This document shows positions 15,603-20,000 of a stretch of DNA of 20,000 bases, one piece after another (within the stretch, counting starts at the first letter, position 1; each line of letters opens with the position of its first letter). The stretch lies in the IMG/VR virus record IMGVR_UViG_3300043427_001443. One strand, written 5' to 3'. The notes beneath the pieces are model-generated. The model had not been told where the DNA came from and made no database searches. It saw only the letters and a program-made list of their open reading frames with translations. This stretch comes from an uncultured virus (IMG/VR IMGVR_UViG_3300043427_001443) (lineage: Duplodnaviria; Heunggongvirae; Uroviricota; Caudoviricetes). The translations under genes were made by a program, and so were the position numbers.

Positions 15603-15631
15603 TTGCAAAATCTAAATAGATTTTGTATACT
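15603..15631 (+). promoter_or_regulatory. sigma70-type promoter with a perfect inverted repeat in the spacer
   Basis: TTGCAA (15603-08)-N17-TATACT (15626-31). CAAAATCTA-AA-TAGATTTTG (15606-15625) is a perfect 9-bp inverted repeat. AAGGA RBS precedes ATG 15655. Confidence 0.7.
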
Positions 15632-15654
15632 ACAACTATTTACAAGGATCAAAT

Positions 15655-16386
15655 ATGAAAGACGCACTACATGACATAGTTCAACACACCAATGGACTAG
15701 GCATTGAGTTATTAAAGGTCACCGGTGACGACAAAGATACCATGATCAATGCTGTAGCCGATGATCGCAGCGTGATTTTAGATGCACGTCTGCACCATGC
15801 TATCGCAGACTTTGTTGGCGTATTTGGTATGCCCAATCTCAGCAAGCTAAGTGTTATCTTAAACATTCCTGAGTACAAAGAAGATGCTAGACTTAGCATT
15901 GCTCGTCAGAAAGACACCAATGGCGATATGATTCCCTGCGGCATTGACTTTGAAAATCGCGATGGTGACTTCAAGAACAACTATCGTTTCATGGTAGCCA
16001 GCGTGATCAATGAAAAGCTCAAATCAGTTAAATTCCGCGGTGTGCCTTGGGATATTGAAATTGAACCTGCTGTGAGCAGTATTCAACGCATGCGATTCCA
16101 AAGCCAAGCCAACAGCGAAGAAACCAGCTTTATTGCCAAAACCAATGGCAACAAACTAGAGTTTCATTTTGGTGACAAAAGCAGTCATGCCGGAGACTTT
16201 GTGTTTCATCAAGGTATCTCAGGTAAACTAAATGCTAATCGTGTATGGCCAGTGGCAGTGTTTAACACTATTTTAGCATTACCCGGCGACAAAATGTTGC
16301 GGTTCAGCGATCAAGGTGCTGCACAAATCACAGTTGATTCGGGTCTGGCTTTGTATAGCTATACCATTCCTGCACTACAGAAATGA
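15655..16386 (+). CDS. Probable DNA polymerase sliding clamp (gp45/PCNA-like)
   Basis: 243 aa, directly downstream of PolB, with a repeated alpha/beta pattern ending in GAAQITVDSGLALYSYTIP. Size and context fit a two-domain clamp. There is no diagnostic motif, so this is inference. Confidence 0.55.
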   Translation: MKDALHDIVQHTNGLGIELLKVTGDDKDTMINAVADDRSVILDARLHHAIADFVGVFGMPNLSKLSVILNIPEYKEDARLSIARQKDTNGDMIPCGIDFENRDGDFKNNYRFMVASVINEKLKSVKFRGVPWDIEIEPAVSSIQRMRFQSQANSEETSFIAKTNGNKLEFHFGDKSSHAGDFVFHQGISGKLNANRVWPVAVFNTILALPGDKMLRFSDQGAAQITVDSGLALYSYTIPALQK

Positions 16387-16739
16387 TTAAAAGCCTGGTT
16401 TCACAAGGTCCATACCTTGTTGTTAACGGTGGATACAACAACTATCCATATATGAGCCCGGGTGCTGTTGGCGCAGGACAGCTACGTTGGAACACCAACA
16501 TCAATGACATGGAAGTCAATGATGGTGTAAGTTGGCGTAGCCTAAATGCTAATAATACCTCCATTGCACTAACCACAGAAGCACAAGATGCACTAAGCTG
16601 GGCAATGACCAAGATGCAACAAGAACGTGAACTAAATGAGCGTATACAGCGTCATCCTGGCTTGCGTGACACCTGGGAAAAGTTTAAAATAATGGAAGCA
16701 CTATGTCAGGAAGAAGATGCAAGACAATCTAACAGCTAA
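16383..16739 (+). CDS. Hypothetical protein
   Basis: ATGA overlap with the upstream gene. Contains GQLRWNTNINDMEVNDGVSW, then a helical C-terminus (HPGLRDTWEKFK). Confidence 0.75.
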   Translation: MIKSLVSQGPYLVVNGGYNNYPYMSPGAVGAGQLRWNTNINDMEVNDGVSWRSLNANNTSIALTTEAQDALSWAMTKMQQERELNERIQRHPGLRDTWEKFKIMEALCQEEDARQSNS

Positions 16740-18267
16740 ACAAAAGGACTATGCCGTGTTTCTGCCGGCTATTTCTGGTTTCTATGCTACCTTTATAGGG
16801 AAACAGCGTGATCCTGTAACAGGTCCTTATGTGGATCCTGCACGTTTTCCACAAGGGCTCACAGACATGGAGCAGCTAAATTGGTTAAATGCTCAACAAG
16901 GTCTGTATACATATCAGTGGAGTTTGTATTCAGGAGGCCATGCCAACTTGGATTTAACCAAACAGGATTGGTCTGAGGACATGGTACGTAATCGAGCATC
17001 AGGCACATTCATGCTAGGTGATTCGGGTGGGTTCCAGATTGCCAAAGGACTTTGGGAAGGTGATTGGAAAGCCAATTCTGGATGTGCTCGAGCACAGCAC
17101 AAACGCGAGTCAGTGTTGAAATGGCTTGACAGCATTTCGGACTATGGCATGATTTTAGATATTCCTACCTGGGTTATTCATGATAAAAAGGCCAGTGCTG
17201 CTTGCAAAATCAGCACACTAACCGAAGCTGTGGATGCTACCAAGTTCAACAACGAATATTTTATCAATAATCGTCGCGGTGTGGCCAATGGTGGTGCACG
17301 TTTTCTCAATGTATTACAAGGTGATAACCATACCAGTGCCGAATCATGGTATCAAATCATGAAGCACTACTCAGATCCCAAGCAATACCCAGGACGCCAT
17401 TTTGATGGTTGGGCCATGGGCGGTCAAAACATGTGCGACGTTGAACTTATTCTCAAAAGGCTAGTTGCACTTAAATACGATGGATTATTACAGGAGGGTA
17501 TACATGATTGGATGCACTTTTTGGGAACCAGTAAACTCGAATGGGCGGTATTACTTACAGTCATACAGCGAGCAATACGCAAGTACGCAAACCCCAACTT
17601 CACCATCAGCTTTGACTGTGCTAGTCCATTCTTGGCAACCGCTAACGGCCAGGTCTATTACGAAAACACTTATCCCAACTTGGACAAATGGAGTTATCGA
17701 ATGGCGCCTAGTGCCGACGATAAGCGATATGCAACCGATACACGTCAGTGGAGTACTGGGGTACTAGCTGACAAAATATTCGAAAGTTGGCAGGATAGTC
17801 CAATTAGTAGCTTGCTCACCATGCGTGATATATGTTACTATAAGCCCGGGGATCTCAATAAAAACGGCAAAGAAGGTCGAACCAGTTGGGATAGTTTCAG
17901 TTATTGTTTACTGATGTCACACAATGTTTGGATGCATATTACCGCAGTGCAAGAAGCCAATCGTAGATTTGATTCCGGAACAAGACCGCGCATGATGGAA
18001 TATGAAGCGCCCGGTGCCGATCATTTTGAAGATATTGTAGAGGCTATTTTCGCTGCACCTACTAGACAGGAGTCCGAAGCTATTATCGCCGGCTATCACA
18101 AATACTGGATGCAGATTGTAGGTACTCGTGGTTTCGCTGGCAAGAAGGCACTGAATTCTCGCACACAAGCAGATCAACACATTGAAATTGAAGGTTCAGT
18201 TTCAGTGGATCGTGTAAAGAAAGAACGTGCCGAACCTGACCTTAACACTTCACTATTTGAGATTTAA
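16717..18267 (+). CDS. dpdA: tRNA-guanine transglycosylase (TGT)-fold protein, probable DpdA-like DNA 7-deazaguanine transglycosylase
   Basis: TGT motifs in order: MLGDSGGFQI, MILDIP, NVLQG, GWAMGG, WMHFLG, ISFDCASP, SHN. Lacks the CxCxxC zinc site of tRNA TGTs. Lies between replication genes and a QueD-like gene. The fold call is firm; the DNA substrate is inferred. Confidence 0.8.
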   Translation: MQDNLTAKQKDYAVFLPAISGFYATFIGKQRDPVTGPYVDPARFPQGLTDMEQLNWLNAQQGLYTYQWSLYSGGHANLDLTKQDWSEDMVRNRASGTFMLGDSGGFQIAKGLWEGDWKANSGCARAQHKRESVLKWLDSISDYGMILDIPTWVIHDKKASAACKISTLTEAVDATKFNNEYFINNRRGVANGGARFLNVLQGDNHTSAESWYQIMKHYSDPKQYPGRHFDGWAMGGQNMCDVELILKRLVALKYDGLLQEGIHDWMHFLGTSKLEWAVLLTVIQRAIRKYANPNFTISFDCASPFLATANGQVYYENTYPNLDKWSYRMAPSADDKRYATDTRQWSTGVLADKIFESWQDSPISSLLTMRDICYYKPGDLNKNGKEGRTSWDSFSYCLLMSHNVWMHITAVQEANRRFDSGTRPRMMEYEAPGADHFEDIVEAIFAAPTRQESEAIIAGYHKYWMQIVGTRGFAGKKALNSRTQADQHIEIEGSVSVDRVKKERAEPDLNTSLFEI

Positions 18268-18268
18268 C

Positions 18269-18769
18269 ATGGACAGACCCGGATTTGACACGGTGAAATT
18301 TTTCCATGGCATTGAAGTAGAACATACTCCAGCCCTGGGCAAACAGACTTTATTTGTTATAGGTGTACAACCTGTTGATGAAATCAAAACTCACCTACTA
18401 GGTTGTGAGCATATTTACTTTGGCGCAAATCAAAGTTTTCCGAAAAAGCCCGAAGTTGATACCTGGCGCAGTTGGGAGACTATGATAAAACCTTTTCTAG
18501 ATGCTGGGTATTGGTGTACTTTAGATCTAGATATATCAGCTTTGGAAGAATTTCATGACGGTGGCCTATGCGAATATCGTAGATTTATTCCTATGATTAG
18601 TGCTAAACTACCATACATAGAGTTACTAAATTATAATGCAGTATTAAAGATCGACGACCGAGATTTCGAAGCAACCAACCCTGGTGTATGGTGTCATAGA
18701 GTACATGATTTAATGAACTCTAAACATTTCACCGACTGGGATCAATACACTAAAGATCAAGTATGCTAA
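18269..18769 (+). CDS. Hypothetical protein in the TGT/QueD cassette (166 aa)
   Basis: ATG 18269 in TAACATG after the TGT stop is preferred to the track start 18227. Alpha/beta pattern with GIEVEHTP, HIYFGAN and KIDDRDFEATNPGVW. Confidence 0.75.
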   Translation: MDRPGFDTVKFFHGIEVEHTPALGKQTLFVIGVQPVDEIKTHLLGCEHIYFGANQSFPKKPEVDTWRSWETMIKPFLDAGYWCTLDLDISALEEFHDGGLCEYRRFIPMISAKLPYIELLNYNAVLKIDDRDFEATNPGVWCHRVHDLMNSKHFTDWDQYTKDQVC

Positions 18770-19326
18770 AACTTAAATCTGTAAAAACAGGCCTAATAGG
18801 TCGACAAATGCCTCGTGATGATGCTGCTAGAGGTGTGTTTATTCACAATTATTTCGAATCAGAAGGTTGGCCTCTTAATCGAGGCCCAGGAGCTGATTTT
18901 CCTGAATATGCAGTTGAATTAAAATCAAGACGCATCAATGCCACATCCGGTCATACCATTGGTTCGATGAATTTTTATGATTTGTGTACGGTTCCATTTA
19001 AAGATAGTTTAGTAGCAGCAAAATTACAATATCAAATACGTGTCACAGTTGACGAAAACAGTGTGGTAACAGCAGTAGATGTATATGATTTCACACCTGA
19101 CTTTATTCAAGACATGGTTAAAACTGGCTATGAAGAAATTCAAAATAAAGCCAGGAAATTAGATGTGACTTGTAAATTACCAGACTCAATTTACGGAACT
19201 CAATATTGCTATGCAGAGTTGCATAAAGATACAGAATCGTATAAAATTAGACTAAGCAAGAAAGCTATGATCAATATCATTAACGCTAGTACATCAACCT
19301 TTAGAGACCTTGTAATTTATGGATAA
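18763..19326 (+). CDS. PD-(D/E)xK endonuclease, MutH/Sau3AI-like
   Basis: RGVFIHNYF helix, then GPGADFPEYAVELKS (DF-x5-ELK, as in MutH/Sau3AI catalytic cores), followed by TIGSM and FKDSLVAAKL. Confidence 0.6.
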   Translation: MLKLKSVKTGLIGRQMPRDDAARGVFIHNYFESEGWPLNRGPGADFPEYAVELKSRRINATSGHTIGSMNFYDLCTVPFKDSLVAAKLQYQIRVTVDENSVVTAVDVYDFTPDFIQDMVKTGYEEIQNKARKLDVTCKLPDSIYGTQYCYAELHKDTESYKIRLSKKAMINIINASTSTFRDLVIYG

Positions 19327-19774
19327 TCAACAACGAAACCAGGCATTAACAGAACAACGAGCTCGTATTCGAGATCGTGCTCGTCGCATGATTTGGGTTA
19401 CTTTTCGCAAGGAAGGTATTCACAAATATCCAGCGGCAGCTACAGACCCGGCTTTAGCCACTGGCGACGAGTACGATGTCTCGTTCTTAGGAACACCACA
19501 CAGACACATCTTTCACTTTACAGTAGCTATTGAAGTATTTCACAACGACAGGGATATTGAGTTTATCCAATTCAAACGCTGGCTAGAAAAGTTGTATGCT
19601 GGCGGGACGTTGGAACTAAACTACAAGAGTTGTGAAATGATCAGTGATGACCTTTATGAGGCCATTGCTAGTCGTTATCCCAATCGTGACATCGAAATCA
19701 CCGTGGCCGAAGACGGAGAGAATGGTGCCACAATCGCATATAATAAATCTCAACCACAACTTATCTCAGTATAA
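19319..19774 (+). CDS. queD: QueD-like / 6-pyruvoyl-tetrahydropterin synthase T-fold protein
   Basis: EGIH, PHRHIFHFTV (H...HxH zinc ligands), DIEFIQFK, SCEMIS and ITVAEDGENGA follow the QueD/PTPS layout. Close to a TGT-fold gene. Confidence 0.7.
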   Translation: MDNQQRNQALTEQRARIRDRARRMIWVTFRKEGIHKYPAAATDPALATGDEYDVSFLGTPHRHIFHFTVAIEVFHNDRDIEFIQFKRWLEKLYAGGTLELNYKSCEMISDDLYEAIASRYPNRDIEITVAEDGENGATIAYNKSQPQLISV

Positions 19775-19785
19775 GGAACAATGAA

Positions 19786-20000
19786 ATGTCTAGAAAAGGC
19801 ATCAAGAAGTATTTGCAATTCAAACCCGAAGTCACACGCATCTTTGACGAGTTAGATCGTTATCGCGACTTCTGTCGCGAGTTTGGCTATGTGTTTAATG
19901 AAGCACATCTTGGCAACAACCACAGCCCTTACGCTGATTTCCAGCGTTACCAAGCTGGTAAGTACCCACGCGATAACTGGGGTTACGCTATCAAGCAGGC
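19786..20000 (+). CDS. Hypothetical protein, truncated by window end (not in ORF track)
   Basis: RBS AAGGA 19773-77 and ATG 19786. Open to the end: MSRKGIKKYLQFKPEVTRIFDELDRYRDFCREFGYVFNEAHLG... Confidence 0.75.
   Translation, partial: MSRKGIKKYLQFKPEVTRIFDELDRYRDFCREFGYVFNEAHLGNNHSPYADFQRYQAGKYPRDNWGYAIKQ

Larger units (their letters stand above)
1..20000 (+). mobile_element. Segment of a large lytic tailed-phage genome (T4-like gene content and regulation)
   Basis: All credible genes lie on one strand, tightly abutting or overlapping (ATGA, TGATG, TAATG, TAACATG junctions). Contains gp43-like PolB, a DsbA-like protein, TATAAATA-type boxes and a TGT/QueD cassette. No cellular housekeeping operon and no integrase in the window. 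Confidence 0.93.

Noticed and set aside
953..18180. All minus-strand ORFs and short nested plus-strand ORFs in the track (e.g. 1086-1493, 3873-4259, 4771-5151, 9970-10179, 11569-11868, 11914-12312, 17465-17767)
   Set aside because: They lie wholly or mostly within long plus-strand genes with recognisable motifs, and have no RBS or protein-like features. They are shadow ORFs.
16717..18267. Ordinary host-type queuine tRNA-ribosyltransferase (tgt) as an auxiliary gene
   Set aside because: It is not excluded, but is less likely: it lacks the zinc-binding CxCxxC, is much longer and divergent, and sits in a DNA replication operon.

Overview
The whole window is a gene-dense, entirely plus-strand segment of a large lytic dsDNA phage with T4-like features. 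It has a family B DNA polymerase, T4-type late-promoter-like TAAATA boxes and sigma70-type promoters, and I found no rRNA, tRNA or CRISPR. There are two blocks. (1) ~1.67-11.9 kb is a run of late-type genes whose proteins nearly all start with the same short leader (M-[KR]-x-x-[ED]-[FLI]-x1-3-E, e.g. MRARNFIAE, MKLSEFIDE, MRATEFLIE), resembling the T4 internal-protein capsid-targeting sequence MKTYQEFIAE. The block includes an HxGH nucleotidyltransferase, an amidoligase-type enzyme, a Nudix/ADP-ribosyltransferase fusion, a GH19 lysozyme, a second ART-like protein and modular polyproteins with internal Glu cleavage-like sites, plus a Pol-beta-type nucleotidyltransferase that lacks the leader. 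I infer a capsid-packaged, protease-matured, injected enzyme arsenal. Two small genes missing from the ORF track lie here: a 43-aa membrane peptide and a 55-aa metallothionein-like peptide. (2) From 12.6 kb is a replication/DNA-modification block: DsbA-like protein, PolB, probable sliding clamp, TGT/DpdA-like transglycosylase, MutH/Sau3AI-like nuclease and QueD-like enzyme, suggesting 7-deazaguanine DNA modification. A GC-rich, three-hairpin ~100-nt intergenic element (candidate ncRNA) sits between the blocks. All functional calls come from motif recognition by eye; no searches were run.
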